Counted from the first letter of the stretch, positions 31,004 to 41,427 are shown. The stretch: 64,000 nucleotides of DNA from a virus (IMGVR_UViG_3300028591_000129:1-64000), one strand, 5' to 3'. Program-made: numbers and translations. Notes: generated by a model from the letters alone, not told the origin.

Positions 31004-31608
31004 TACTTCTTACGCTTCGTGTACTTTGCCGTCTTCGCACTAACCTTCGCTTTCATCTTGTTGAACTCGGTAGACAGGTTGTTAGCATACAGCGTCGAGA
31101 GAACGTCAATGATATGCTCAAACCTAAACTGACCGTTGTACGGGTCGTACATTGTACCCTTGGGTACGCACGCGTCAGATACAGGTGCGTCGAACACATA
31201 ATCAATCTGCTCTCTCATACCCGTATCAATGCCCTTAAGTGCTTTTGCAAGCTCTTCCAAGACGTCTGCACCCTCACTATCGTCAATACCTGCAAGTCTG
31301 TCGCTTGCCTCAATTGCCGAAGCTCTCATTTTAGGGTACGCCTCATTAAGACGTGTGATTACGTTCATATCAGAAATGTCGAGATAAATACGTCTGTCAT
31401 TATCCCCATCAATCCTGAATTGACGGCGTTGTGATACGTGAATATCTGTAATGGCTACGTCAGCAGGCTCTTCCTCGTTTACAGGAAGCTCTGTCTTGAC
31501 GGCTTCCTCTCCCTTTACAGGAGTTTCCGTCTTAACACTGTCTGCTGACTTTGTGGCTGACCTGCGAATAACCGTAGGGTTTTCGTTAGCCGTGTTGTCT
31601 TCTTTCAT
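31003..31608 (-). CDS. Tail assembly chaperone
   Basis: Between tail tube and Gp15-like gene; IDYVFDA motif. Confidence 0.7.
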   Translation of the reverse strand: MKEDNTANENPTVIRRSATKSADSVKTETPVKGEEAVKTELPVNEEEPADVAITDIHVSQRRQFRIDGDNDRRIYLDISDMNVITRLNEAYPKMRASAIEASDRLAGIDDSEGADVLEELAKALKGIDTGMREQIDYVFDAPVSDACVPKGTMYDPYNGQFRFEHIIDVLSTLYANNLSTEFNKMKAKVSAKTAKYTKRKK

Positions 31609-31626
31609 ACCGTACCTCCGATAGGA

Positions 31627-32289
31627 TTACAGGTTAACGTCTGCTGTAAATGTGAAGTCCTCAGACAGCTTATCAACCGTACCGTTTGTGAGAATGTTGG
31701 AGTAGTTAACTGTGAACGGGAAGTTTACGTTACTCTCTCCACCGAAGCTGTCATAAGATACTGTGCAGTTTACGTGACGCTCTGCCTCATAACCACTGCT
31801 TGAATCACCAACGAATGCTGTGATTACATAGACTGTGAACTGTGAAAGCTCTGTGATAGCATTTCTCTTACGAATGTCGTTGAGCTTCTCACCGAACTTA
31901 TCACCACCAAGAATGAGGTGAGGGTCAAAGGATTGTGAGGGCTGTGTCTTGTTAACGTCAGTATAGTTGAAACCTCTGATGTCTGTGGAAGTCTCAATAT
32001 CTGCGTTGTACTCGATAGAGGAGTCGGGTGTTCTTGTACCAAGGATAGTACGATTTACACGTGTGTAATATGTACCCGTTGTCCAAGTAGGTGCAGAACC
32101 GCCTGTTACAGGGGTGTAAGAACCGCTGGACTCTGTGTAATAAGCGGTATAGTTAGTGTCCCAATCCAAGGGCTCTGAATCCTGAAGTACATAGGACTTA
32201 CCGTCTTCTGCCTGCCACTCGATTACGTGTACGAGAAGCTTTCTTTCGGCTCTTTGGTCGGGCTTTAAGTTGAACTTACTGATTGCCAT
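31627..32289 (-). CDS. Major tail (tube) protein
   Basis: Position; SSIEYNADIETSTDIRG, SFGG, FTVNY, FTAD. Confidence 0.75.
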   Translation of the reverse strand: MAISKFNLKPDQRAERKLLVHVIEWQAEDGKSYVLQDSEPLDWDTNYTAYYTESSGSYTPVTGGSAPTWTTGTYYTRVNRTILGTRTPDSSIEYNADIETSTDIRGFNYTDVNKTQPSQSFDPHLILGGDKFGEKLNDIRKRNAITELSQFTVYVITAFVGDSSSGYEAERHVNCTVSYDSFGGESNVNFPFTVNYSNILTNGTVDKLSEDFTFTADVNL

Positions 32290-32291
32290 TG

Positions 32292-32774
32292 TCAATCTCC
32301 TTTCACGTTCCAAATTACTTCGGAAGTATCTATATATTCTATTCTAATAGAAATGCTGTATTTCGCAAGTGCGGGCGTTGAGGAATTGTCCACACTGTTA
32401 AGTATTGGTTGGTCGGTAAGCGCTTCCATTTTCTCAATATGACACTTATCTCCAAAGTCAGGGTAGTTCTCGGCTTTGTTCTGCTCTGTTATCCATTCGA
32501 TAATGCTCTGTACGTCGAAAGCATATTCCATATTCTCGTCGTCGGCATTCTCGATAACAGCCCTGTGTGCAACCATTTTGTAAAAGATAAGAATGAACGT
32601 ATATCTTTTCTGCACTGCACCGTCAATGAACGGTACGTTTAAAGCAACTTCAGTTGCACGTGTGTTGAACTGACTATTGTCTGCGCTCGCCTGCGCAAAG
32701 TTAAAGAACAAGGGATTATCCCTGATAGCAGGACAGGTAAGTAAAAAGTTGACAACAGCTTTATTCTTATCCAT
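32292..32774 (-). CDS. Tail terminator/completion protein
   Basis: Position; IIEWITEQN...YPDF...AKYSISIRIEY. Confidence 0.7.
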   Translation of the reverse strand: MDKNKAVVNFLLTCPAIRDNPLFFNFAQASADNSQFNTRATEVALNVPFIDGAVQKRYTFILIFYKMVAHRAVIENADDENMEYAFDVQSIIEWITEQNKAENYPDFGDKCHIEKMEALTDQPILNSVDNSSTPALAKYSISIRIEYIDTSEVIWNVKGD

Positions 32775-33120
32775 ACTTCTCTCTCGCTCTCTGCTTCAAT
32801 ATCTCTTCAACACGTTTTGCATAGTTATCTTTTTCAGATACCATTGCAACCGTATCCCAATGTGACGTCGCAAGAGGGTGCTTGTCCTTGTGGTGCTTAA
32901 TGTCGTCTCCGTAGTAGTTTTTCTCGGCATATGGCGCTCTGTAATGAACACCTTCAGCGTCTACTCGAATATCGTGTGCAAGTCTACCTGTATCATACGG
33001 AACGTATGGATTGATAGTGCTTGCAAATGCACCCTGTATCTTTGACTGCGTAATGTCGTCCAACAGACTATCAAGTTTGGCTTGTATTGCCTCTTCGTTA
33101 ACATAGACTGTTACCGACAT
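32767..33120 (-). CDS. Neck protein (A118 'minor capsid'-type)
   Basis: PYVPYDTGRL...YRAPYAEKNYYG...HPLATSHW. Confidence 0.8.
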   Translation of the reverse strand: MSVTVYVNEEAIQAKLDSLLDDITQSKIQGAFASTINPYVPYDTGRLAHDIRVDAEGVHYRAPYAEKNYYGDDIKHHKDKHPLATSHWDTVAMVSEKDNYAKRVEEILKQRAREKYG

Positions 33121-33121
33121 A

Positions 33122-33565
33122 TCAGATACCTCTTACTAAATAGTGCTCGTCAACTCTGCCTGCACCTGTGTTGTCTCGGTACTCGTTAATCTCGATACAC
33201 CCACGGTCACGATACTTATTGAGTAAGTCCGTAGACCGTTCTCCGCGAGTATACTCGCTTATCGTATCCTCAACTTCCCCAAGTACAAGAATATCTCCAC
33301 GTCCAAGTGTGAAGTATGTATCCTTGCTGTCCGACGCGTCCCATTCGTCTTTCGGTAGATAATCTAACGGCTGACCAACGGGAATACGACAGGTCGTGTC
33401 CTTTGTTGCAAGCACTGCGTCATTCACTCTGACTTCGTCGCCTGTGTACTTCCAAAAGCAGTTGTTAAGGGTCGTACGATACCAAGTAACTTCTCCGTTA
33501 CTCTCTGTATGCTTGTTATACAGGGTGAGCGTCTTATCCCACCAAATCGGGTATACATTACTCAT
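33122..33565 (-). CDS. Head closure/stopper protein
   Basis: TLTLYNK...WYRT...FTLGRGDILVLG...HYLVRG; position. Confidence 0.7.
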   Translation of the reverse strand: MSNVYPIWWDKTLTLYNKHTESNGEVTWYRTTLNNCFWKYTGDEVRVNDAVLATKDTTCRIPVGQPLDYLPKDEWDASDSKDTYFTLGRGDILVLGEVEDTISEYTRGERSTDLLNKYRDRGCIEINEYRDNTGAGRVDEHYLVRGI

Positions 33566-33998
33566 TCGGGTAAAGTCCTCTAAACAGTATCTTTCTGCCA
33601 AGCTCGTTTACAACCCCGATAAGCCTGCGCTGTATGACGTCCTTAATCTCGTCATTCAATGACTTGATAGCGTCGTGCGCCGCAAGGTGGTTGTATTGTA
33701 CGGACACTCCGTCGTTAGACTGTCCTGCGAGTATGGCGTCCCCGTAACCGCCTTGTGAAGTTGACGTGTCTACTCCACCAACACCGAGTGCGTTACACCT
33801 TGTCTGAATAAGTCGAATAAGGTAGAACTCCATATCCTTGACTTTCTTCATTATGTCTTCCGTCTGCCATTCTTCCTTCTGAAGTCTGTTGAACGTGTAC
33901 CAATCAATGTAACTCTCGGCTTCATAGCCGTAAAAATCAAAGTCGAGTTCGGACAATGTACCGCCCATATCCGTATACTCTTCATATGTTAAGTACAT
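33558..33998 (-). CDS. Head-tail adaptor protein
   Basis: MYLTYEEY...IDWYTFNR...SNDGVSVQY...LFRG. Confidence 0.8.
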   Translation of the reverse strand: MYLTYEEYTDMGGTLSELDFDFYGYEAESYIDWYTFNRLQKEEWQTEDIMKKVKDMEFYLIRLIQTRCNALGVGGVDTSTSQGGYGDAILAGQSNDGVSVQYNHLAAHDAIKSLNDEIKDVIQRRLIGVVNELGRKILFRGLYPNE

Positions 33999-34018
33999 TG
34001 TCGAACCCTCCTTTAATC

Positions 34019-34411
34019 TTATTCCTCTGTCGGCTCTGTGGTAGCCTGCTTGCGCTTACGTGTGGGCTTCGGCTCACTTGCAGGCTCGTCTGCCTTTGCA
34101 CTGATAGGCATTGACTTGAACTTATCAAGCTCTGCCTTTGCGTCCTTAAGCTTGCCCTTGAGTGAAGCAACTTCGTCATTAAGCTTGCCGATAGTTGCGT
34201 CCTTTGCCTCAAGCTCGCTCTTAAGGCTTGCGATTTCTACGTCCTGCTTCTTTACCTCTGCTGTAAGAGCATTAGTATCGTGAGGTACGCCCTTTTTGAT
34301 AAGGTTGCCGTTCATATCAGTGATTGAATATCCCTGACCAAGATAACGGTCAATATAGTCCTCGCTTATCTTAAGAAGCTTGTTTCCACGTCTTGCGTAA
34401 TATGTTGCCAT
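34019..34411 (-). CDS. Coiled-coil hypothetical protein of head module
   Basis: YLGQGY N-terminus and heptad repeats. Confidence 0.65.
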   Translation of the reverse strand: MATYYARRGNKLLKISEDYIDRYLGQGYSITDMNGNLIKKGVPHDTNALTAEVKKQDVEIASLKSELEAKDATIGKLNDEVASLKGKLKDAKAELDKFKSMPISAKADEPASEPKPTRKRKQATTEPTEE

Positions 34412-34429
34412 ACTGCTTACCCCCAAATA

Positions 34430-34843
34430 TTAAGAATCAAGACAAACAAGCTCACTCAAGAAGTATGTCTTTGTAACAGTGCTCACACCGTCAGTAGCAA
34501 CAATCTTGAACTTCTGATTGCCCTTGTCAGCAATCTTAAAGACGCTGTCAAGGTCGTCAAGGTGTCCAATAAGCTCTACGAGACCTGTACCCTGTGAATT
34601 CTCAAGACCAACCTTAACGGAAGTATAGGCTGTCCAATCGTCTGCCTCAAACGTTACTGCAAGGAAGTTGCCCTCGCCCCAAACGTCTGTGATAGGATTA
34701 GAACCGCTCAAGAACTTAAGAGTACCTGTGAAAGAACCGTCAAGGATAGAACTCTCACCGAGCTCTACGTCTGTCTGAATATCGCTAACGGCTACTCCGT
34801 AAACGCTCCCATCAGTCATAGCCTTTACTGTGGGAGCTGTCAA
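34430..34843 (-). CDS. Capsid C-terminal extension domain, probably reached by -1 frameshift
   Basis: -1 frame relative to capsid, overlaps its stop; slippery heptamer and hairpin at junction. Confidence 0.7.
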   Translation of the reverse strand: MTAPTVKAMTDGSVYGVAVSDIQTDVELGESSILDGSFTGTLKFLSGSNPITDVWGEGNFLAVTFEADDWTAYTSVKVGLENSQGTGLVELIGHLDDLDSVFKIADKGNQKFKIVATDGVSTVTKTYFLSELVCLDS

Positions 34844-34849
34844 AAATTT
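34805..34849 (-). promoter_or_regulatory. Programmed -1 ribosomal frameshift signal
   Basis: A AAT TTT heptamer, 5-nt spacer, hairpin GCTCCCA-CAGT...ACTG-A-TGGGAGC. Confidence 0.75.
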
Positions 34850-35739
34850 CCGTCAGAAATGTTGAACTGAATAGCGTCAGCCTTGTTATTGAGAATGAAT
34901 ACGTCCTCGAAGGACTCCTCGTAGTAAACCCACTTACCCTCTGAACCTGCGGAAGGCTCGTCAAGTCTTGAGAATGTGTAAGATACAGGTGTCAAGACTG
35001 CGGTGGGGTGAACAAGGAACATATTAATCTGCTTTGCACCGTCGGCTACTGCCCAACCTGTTGTGAAGTCATACAGTGTTCTCATAAGAGTTGCAGGAAC
35101 GCCAACAATCTCAACCTCGTCAAGACGAGAGACGATACGATTAAGTCTGTTCTCACCGCCCTCAAGGTCGATAGAACGAGAAATCTTATCAGCGTTCTTG
35201 AGCATTGTCCTTACTTCGTTTGTGCAGTAAAGAATTCTGCCCTGTACAGGTACTCTTTCGTTATCCATATTAAGCATAAGCTTATCAAAGATAGGGAGTA
35301 CAGTAGACTCGGAAACAGCAGTTGTGTCGGCTGTCTTACCAAGTCCTGTCCAATCACTGTAAATCTTGGAAATGCAGTAAGCGTCCATTTCAGGGAACTT
35401 CTGCTCTTCGTTCATTACACGTGTAATGTTAGCGATAGTAGCTGTGAGGTTTGTCTGCTCAATGTCCATAGGGTGTACAAGAGTAGACCACTTTCTCTCG
35501 TTCTCAAGAACCTTGGGTTCCCAGCTATTTGTGAAGTTTCTCTGTGCTGTTGCGATTGTGTCTCTGTCAGCATCAACACGACCTGTTGTCTGAATAGAAG
35601 GAATCTCGATTGTTCTTGCGTTAATCCATCTGTACAGTCTGTTGTTGGGTGTGCTGTAAAGTGCACCGAAGTTCAGGGCATAAGGGAATGCCTGTGCAAG
35701 TGCTCTTTGATACTGCTTTGCGTAATTAAGAGGTGGCAT
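34840..35739 (-). CDS. Major capsid protein
   Basis: ~299 aa after scaffold; LNYAKQY, TIEIPSI, EEQKFPEMDAY, QINMFLVHP, YYEESFEDVFIL. Confidence 0.9.
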   Translation of the reverse strand: MPPLNYAKQYQRALAQAFPYALNFGALYSTPNNRLYRWINARTIEIPSIQTTGRVDADRDTIATAQRNFTNSWEPKVLENERKWSTLVHPMDIEQTNLTATIANITRVMNEEQKFPEMDAYCISKIYSDWTGLGKTADTTAVSESTVLPIFDKLMLNMDNERVPVQGRILYCTNEVRTMLKNADKISRSIDLEGGENRLNRIVSRLDEVEIVGVPATLMRTLYDFTTGWAVADGAKQINMFLVHPTAVLTPVSYTFSRLDEPSAGSEGKWVYYEESFEDVFILNNKADAIQFNISDGNF

Positions 35740-35766
35740 AATGTTTCTCTCCTTCAAAATAAATGT

Positions 35767-36492
35767 TTATTCGTGTGCTCTAACACCTACGAAGCCAAAA
35801 TCAAAGACGTCTCCGCCGTCGTCATTTGACGCGCCGGGTGTTGATGCAACCATTGTGGGTAACGGCTCTTGCTTTGCGGGCTCTGCGGGTGCAGGCTCGG
35901 GTGCAGGTGTCGGTTCGGGTACGGGTGCAGGGGCAGGCTCAACATAGAATGCGTCGTCATTTTCCTCTGCATACTTCGCTCTGAAGTCGTCACCGCCGAT
36001 AAGCTTATCGCCGTCCATTTGGAGACCGCGTTCAATCATTGCTTTAACGAAGTCTCTCTTTGCCGCCTTGGACGAGAACTTTTGTGTGTTCGCGTATTCC
36101 TTAACAGCAAATTCATAAGATTGCTGACGCAACTTGTCCTCTTGTGCCTTAATATCAGCCTCGTACTTTGCCTGCAAGTCAGTCATACTTGTGCTCAATT
36201 GCTCAAGCTTTACCTTGTCCTCGCCTGCCTGTTCCAACTGCTTCTTCAAGCCCTCAAGGTCTGCGTCACGTGTTGTGATAGTCCCATTCAGGTCGTTAAT
36301 CTGTGCGTTGAGTGTCTCAACCTGCTGATTAACTTTCTCAATGTCGGACTCGTACTTTGACTTGCTTACATAGTTACCGTCTTTCAGGTTAACGAACTTT
36401 ACGTCGTTTTCCTTGACGAGTGCTTCAAACTGCTCGTAAGTCAATGTACCGTTCTCTGCCTTTTCGAACAAATCCTTAATGGTTGTGCTCAT
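35767..36492 (-). CDS. Capsid scaffold protein (Gp20-like)
   Basis: GNYVSKSKY, long coiled coil, Pro-rich tail; upstream of capsid. Confidence 0.85.
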   Translation of the reverse strand: MSTTIKDLFEKAENGTLTYEQFEALVKENDVKFVNLKDGNYVSKSKYESDIEKVNQQVETLNAQINDLNGTITTRDADLEGLKKQLEQAGEDKVKLEQLSTSMTDLQAKYEADIKAQEDKLRQQSYEFAVKEYANTQKFSSKAAKRDFVKAMIERGLQMDGDKLIGGDDFRAKYAEENDDAFYVEPAPAPVPEPTPAPEPAPAEPAKQEPLPTMVASTPGASNDDGGDVFDFGFVGVRAHE

Positions 36493-36846
36493 TGTGTTTT
36501 ACCTCCAAAAAACAATCTTTTATATCCGCTGTATTTGTAATTCCGCAGTTGCGGGTCTGCGCTGATTGTGCAACGTTTAAACGTCCGTTGCGCGACAAAA
36601 ACACCCTGATAGTATTACTACTGCCACGGTGTCTGATATAGGTTATAAAGTTGTATAGCGAATGTCATACCCGCTCTATCCCCTATGACGCGGTTAACTG
36701 TCGTTCCTGTAAGCACCCCGAGGTGGTACTTTGTGTGTACCCCCCTCGAAGCACTTAGGAGGTACGGCAGAAAACAACACTACCACAATGTCATTATATA
36801 GTAAGAATAGTTTCGTGTAAAGAGTATGAGTACCATTAATAGGACA

Positions 36847-38721
36847 TTAACTGTTCTCCGACACCTGTTCAGGTGCTTGCTCTTGAGTATCCTCACTTTG
36901 GGAAGCCTGTTGAGCTATCTTCTGAAGATTAACGGGTTGTGCCTGCTCTTGAGGATTTTCACCCTGCCCCTGTCCTTGCTCTTGTCCCTGACCGTCACGA
37001 ACCTGCTGTCCGAGTGCGGAAGACATCATCATATTGTTCTCGATAGCCTCACGCTTCTCTTCAGCAATCTTATTAAGTGCGTCCTGTGCCTGTGCTTCAG
37101 TCTCACCGAAGTACCACATACGAAGAGCAATACGGCTCTCAAGCCCCTTGTCATACAGCGCCATTCTTGTTGCAAGCTCGCTCTCTTGGTCAATGAGAAT
37201 ACTGTCGTCCCACTCAAAGGATACGTTGTACTTACCCATTTTAGAGGTATCCGCAACTCTCTTGCCGTCTTTATCCACATACTTAATATCGTCTACGATA
37301 TTGTACAGCGTGCAGTAAACGTTCATTGCGTATACAACGTCTTCAAGGGCAACCTGCAATGCGTTCTGTATCTCTCTGTTAGCCGAGAATGAACGCTGTC
37401 TTAATATCTTAATCTCCGTAGCCGTACGCGCCTCGTGTGCCACGTCAGAGATAGTACCACGGCTCATTGCACATACGTCCTCAATACGCATAAGAATGTT
37501 ATTGAGACCATTGATAAGTGACGTATCACGAAGAGACGGGGAGAACGGTCTGTATGTGTCAGATTCACCAAGGTCGATTTGTCTGTAAAGTCTCTTTTGG
37601 TGCTTCGGCATTACAGAGTTTCCACCGCCGTTATCGTTGTTCATAAACTCAAGCGCGTCACGGTCAATATCAATTGCAAGCTCACCGCCCTCAAACTCCC
37701 ATATAAGTCTTGAGTACTGTTCGTCAGCGTCTCTGATAAGGTCTCTTGCACGACCAAAACCGCTCATACCAAGCGGGGAATGAGGGTCAATGATATTTGC
37801 TTCGGGCATTTTGAAGTAACCGAAGAGCAGTCTGTCTACGTTCTTGATAGTTACCGCCTGCGGTATATCTTTCCACTCGGGGACTTCCGTTAACGGTATC
37901 TGTGCGCCCAAAGAAACATTTCCGATACTCTGATTGTCAGGCGCGTTTTTCTGCTTAAATGCGTAGTTCTCGATATGCACATTTCCACCTGTAAGCTTAT
38001 GTCTCTCAAGGCGCGTAAATGTCGTATCTCCGTCTACCTTTGTCTGTATAAATGCAACGTCACTCAAGTTGCCCGAACCGTCAAATGAGATAGGGTAGAA
38101 ACAGTCTGCCTGAATGAAATCAAACTCCATAAAGTACTTGTATGTCTCTTCCGTCTCGGTTTGTTGGTCTTTTGCGACGCCTGCTACACCGCTTACCTTG
38201 GTGCGGACAACATACGGCTTGATAATCAGGCTTCCCTTTGCGATACCATACTCAAGCTGTGCACGTATCTTTGATATGAGCTTCTTTTGATACTGCTCGT
38301 TCATATAGTCAGCACGCTTTGTGTCGCCGTCTACGGTCTCCTGCACGACGGTCTTGGACTGTCCGCTTACACGAATATTGCCGAACGCGTCAGCTTGAGG
38401 CGGGAAGTAATTAGGATTTTCCACTCTCTCGGAAGACGTAGGTGCTGTAATCTCAGATTTAAGTTCAAGCACCGCCATACGAGCTTTCTCACTCGCAATA
38501 AACGCGGGAAGTCCCATAGAAACTACTCGCGTCGGGTCGTCTAACGTAGGCTCTCTTAACCATTCAGCCTCATTTCGATACATTGCATCCCATTCTTCAA
38601 TGGCATTGACCATCTTGTCACTTACAGCAGGTGTAACGTGCAAGGTTTCCTCGATTTTTTGATTATATCCAAGCATTCTTGAGAAAAACTCCTTTATCTT
38701 ATCCCAAACAGAAGAGAACAT
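36847..38721 (-). CDS. Portal protein (A118/SPP1-like)
   Basis: SPLGMSGF, YSRLIWEFEGG, TATEIK, SFEWDDSI. Confidence 0.9.
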   Translation of the reverse strand: MFSSVWDKIKEFFSRMLGYNQKIEETLHVTPAVSDKMVNAIEEWDAMYRNEAEWLREPTLDDPTRVVSMGLPAFIASEKARMAVLELKSEITAPTSSERVENPNYFPPQADAFGNIRVSGQSKTVVQETVDGDTKRADYMNEQYQKKLISKIRAQLEYGIAKGSLIIKPYVVRTKVSGVAGVAKDQQTETEETYKYFMEFDFIQADCFYPISFDGSGNLSDVAFIQTKVDGDTTFTRLERHKLTGGNVHIENYAFKQKNAPDNQSIGNVSLGAQIPLTEVPEWKDIPQAVTIKNVDRLLFGYFKMPEANIIDPHSPLGMSGFGRARDLIRDADEQYSRLIWEFEGGELAIDIDRDALEFMNNDNGGGNSVMPKHQKRLYRQIDLGESDTYRPFSPSLRDTSLINGLNNILMRIEDVCAMSRGTISDVAHEARTATEIKILRQRSFSANREIQNALQVALEDVVYAMNVYCTLYNIVDDIKYVDKDGKRVADTSKMGKYNVSFEWDDSILIDQESELATRMALYDKGLESRIALRMWYFGETEAQAQDALNKIAEEKREAIENNMMMSSALGQQVRDGQGQEQGQGQGENPQEQAQPVNLQKIAQQASQSEDTQEQAPEQVSENS

Positions 38722-38862
38722 TTAAGCGCTCCTATCAATAAAATTGACTGTTATACGAGTGACGTCGTTGTTCATACGGAGAAACCCCCTATAAATAACA
38801 TTTTACACAATGTTTATAGGGGTTGCAACCGACCATATTGGAAGTTTTCTCGTCTCCCTGCG

Positions 38863-39099
38863 TCAATAATCGACTATCATTATCCGTATGAACGGTTCTC
38901 CTTTGTCGTCCTTGTCTGACGATATACCAAAGACTTTCTTATCCATAAGGGCTTCGATAACGGTAGCGTCATACGCGTTAGCACCGTCCACGTATGTCAC
39001 AAAGGTTAACGTGTCCCCTGACCGTGCACTCACTAACTGTATACGCTCAAACTGACTGATTACTTTCGGAATTAGGTTCTTCAGTTTCATTGTGCTCAC
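38863..39099 (-). CDS. Hypothetical protein
   Basis: ORF with SD in minus-strand operon. Confidence 0.55.
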   Translation of the reverse strand: MSTMKLKNLIPKVISQFERIQLVSARSGDTLTFVTYVDGANAYDATVIEALMDKKVFGISSDKDDKGEPFIRIMIVDY

Positions 39100-39108
39100 C
39101 GCCTACCC

Positions 39109-39735
39109 TCAACGTCTTATCGGCAGGCACATAGCGTGTCTGTCGTCTTTACCGTGAAAAAACAGTGGCTTGGTATTGTCCGCTAAGTCAATGACTATTT
39201 CCGTAGCTCCTGTGAAATCAAGACACACTTTGAGATACTTGGGATTGATTAACTCAACAAAGCCGTTCTCTCCTGTAAGCTTAAACGGCTCACGAAGATA
39301 CTTGGGCTTGCCCGCTTCCGTCTTAATAAACAGCATAAGCTCCTTTTTGAACTCGTCAGTTACAGGGATAGTACCCCTGTTCTGATAATTAACTTCGATA
39401 ATCTTACGCCAATTCAATGTGCAACTCTCGTCAGCAACGTCAAACCCAAAATCAATAGGTGACCACGCAAGCTTGTATCCGTCGCAATAACCATAATACT
39501 TGACCCCGTCAATCTCCTGCACATTAGCCTTGGTAAGATTAGGGCGTACAAGGTCTTTACGGATAAACTGCTTAACAGCGTTTCTGATAACGGGCTTTCT
39601 TCCTGCTTCCTTTTCCGCTTCCTTGGCAAGTTCTTCCTTGACCATTCCAAGCAACTCTGAATAGACAGGTTCGAGAATAGCGCCCTTGTTTTCCGTGATA
39701 ATCTGATAAAGTTTTCTCGTATTCATATCATTCAT
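39109..39735 (-). CDS. Possible truncated beta-sliding-clamp-like protein
   Basis: CDGYKL, INPKYL, KPL, MCLPIRR echo DnaN TDGHRL, FNxxYL and LxMPxR. Confidence 0.45.
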   Translation of the reverse strand: MNDMNTRKLYQIITENKGAILEPVYSELLGMVKEELAKEAEKEAGRKPVIRNAVKQFIRKDLVRPNLTKANVQEIDGVKYYGYCDGYKLAWSPIDFGFDVADESCTLNWRKIIEVNYQNRGTIPVTDEFKKELMLFIKTEAGKPKYLREPFKLTGENGFVELINPKYLKVCLDFTGATEIVIDLADNTKPLFFHGKDDRHAMCLPIRR

Positions 39736-41321
39736 TCTCCTTGATTAAAATGTCATACTCTCTCGGGTGCACGTTGATAGCTTCTCTTACGCAATGCACC
39801 ACGTATACCGCAGGACGGTCAACTCTTGTGAGTGTCTCAACTGACACAACCTTGTCCCTTCCCATATCATTTGACCCGCGAATTAACTGATTTACGAATT
39901 CAAGTACTGTCGGATTTTCCATATCAGTCTTCCCCCTTTTATGATTATTCCTTGACAAACTGCTTACCGTTGATTGTAACTATAAGCCCGTCTTCCCGCA
40001 TTGCGTTGATATACGCATTAACCCAATCTTTAGGTGTCTCTCCGTCTTCCAAATCGACTACGGTCTTTGCATATACAAGCATTTCCTTTTTGAATTGTGT
40101 CAATGTCTGCATTTTCAGTCTTCCCCCTGTGCTAACGCTTCAAGTATTCCCTCACAGAACTCGTCAATGAAGTGGATGCCCTCTTCAGTGCCCTCTCCAT
40201 ACTTCGTGACGTTCGGGAAGTCTCCTGTACCCTCAAGGTACATAATGACCAAGCCGTCCTCGTCAAAGATAATGCTGTCCTTGGACTTTGCAGTCGTGTT
40301 CTGAAGAGCCCAAAGGCGCAACATAGCATTTCCAAGACCACTCAATGTCTTGTCAATTTTGCCTGTCTTTCTGTTAAACCTTACGCAATAAGTCTTCTTA
40401 AGTTCCATTTTAGTTTCTCCTTTGTATGAGTTTTTGATTTGTACCCTTATGGTATCACGGTAGTAATTACTTGTCAAGCGACATTTTCTACCCACTTGAA
40501 TTCACCCCGCTCGTAGAAATATGGCTGATGGGTAAGCTCCCATTTCATTGTGACCATATAGGCGGTATATCCGTTAGCCATAAGCCCGATAGCCACGTCC
40601 TCTGCCATATCCTTGCTGAATGCCTTGGGGCTCTTTTCCTTATCCCACTCGGCGTTATGCTTGGGCAGAATATCTGTTACGAACACTGCACCGTATGCGG
40701 TGCAAACCAACACGTAATAATAGTTCTTCTTTGCCATTGTCTTACTCTCCTTTATGTGTACTTACATTCCTTAAGCTGTCTGATATTCCAACGGATATTC
40801 TTGGCTTCGTTCTTGGCGTACTTAAGCTCACGCTTCCAATACACTTTCCACTCTTCGTCAGTCTCGACAGCAAGCACTTCCTCGTACCTCTTAATGTCTC
40901 TCTTCCAAATGGCAAGGATTTCTTTCTGCTTGTCAATCTGTCTGTCGACGTCTTCGTTCCAAATAACCTGCGCTTCAGTCAGGTCGTTATTTACGAGCTT
41001 CTTACCGTACTCGTAAATCTTATCCTTGGGTATGTCAGAATTCATATACATAACCTCAAGGTCTTTGAATACCTGAAAATTCTGTGCAGTGTCTCTGCAA
41101 CCCGTACCTGCAATAAATTCTTCGTATAACATTGATTACACCCCCTCACGTTTAACTGAAATTACCTTGTACTTGTCTTCGTGCTCGTGCAAAATCCGCA
41201 CGACACGGTGATAATCCTCATATGTGTATGACGTGTGCTCTCGCGCATATCCGCCAAAGGGCTCTTTGTACAGCCACACATATCTAATCGTGATAGGCTT
41301 GCGCATTTTCTTTTCTTCCAT
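39728..41321 (-). other. Run of small hypothetical ORFs behind two TTGACA promoters
   Basis: ORFs 39728.., 40115.., 40474..40737, 40752..41132, 41136..41321 with SD sites and ACTCATA leaders. Confidence 0.6.
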
Positions 41322-41427
41322 ATCTGTTTCTCCTTTCTATGAGTTTCTATTTGCACTTATAAGGTAACATAGTAAGTATAGTTTGTCAAGCATAAATTTA
41401 GGACAGCTTTTGACTGCCCTAAAAGTC

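Noticed and set aside
30990-31030. Tail-chaperone G/GT-type frameshift
   Set aside because: The two genes join by a TAATG overlap and no slippery heptamer is evident.
19044-35829. Long plus-strand ORFs such as 19044..19865, 25445..25966 and 35008..35829
   Set aside because: Antisense shadows of clear minus-strand structural genes, with no recognisable motifs.
35860-35945. GC-rich repeats in the scaffold gene (and 15740-15770 in the endolysin)
   Set aside because: Explained by Pro-Ala/Pro-Thr linker codons.
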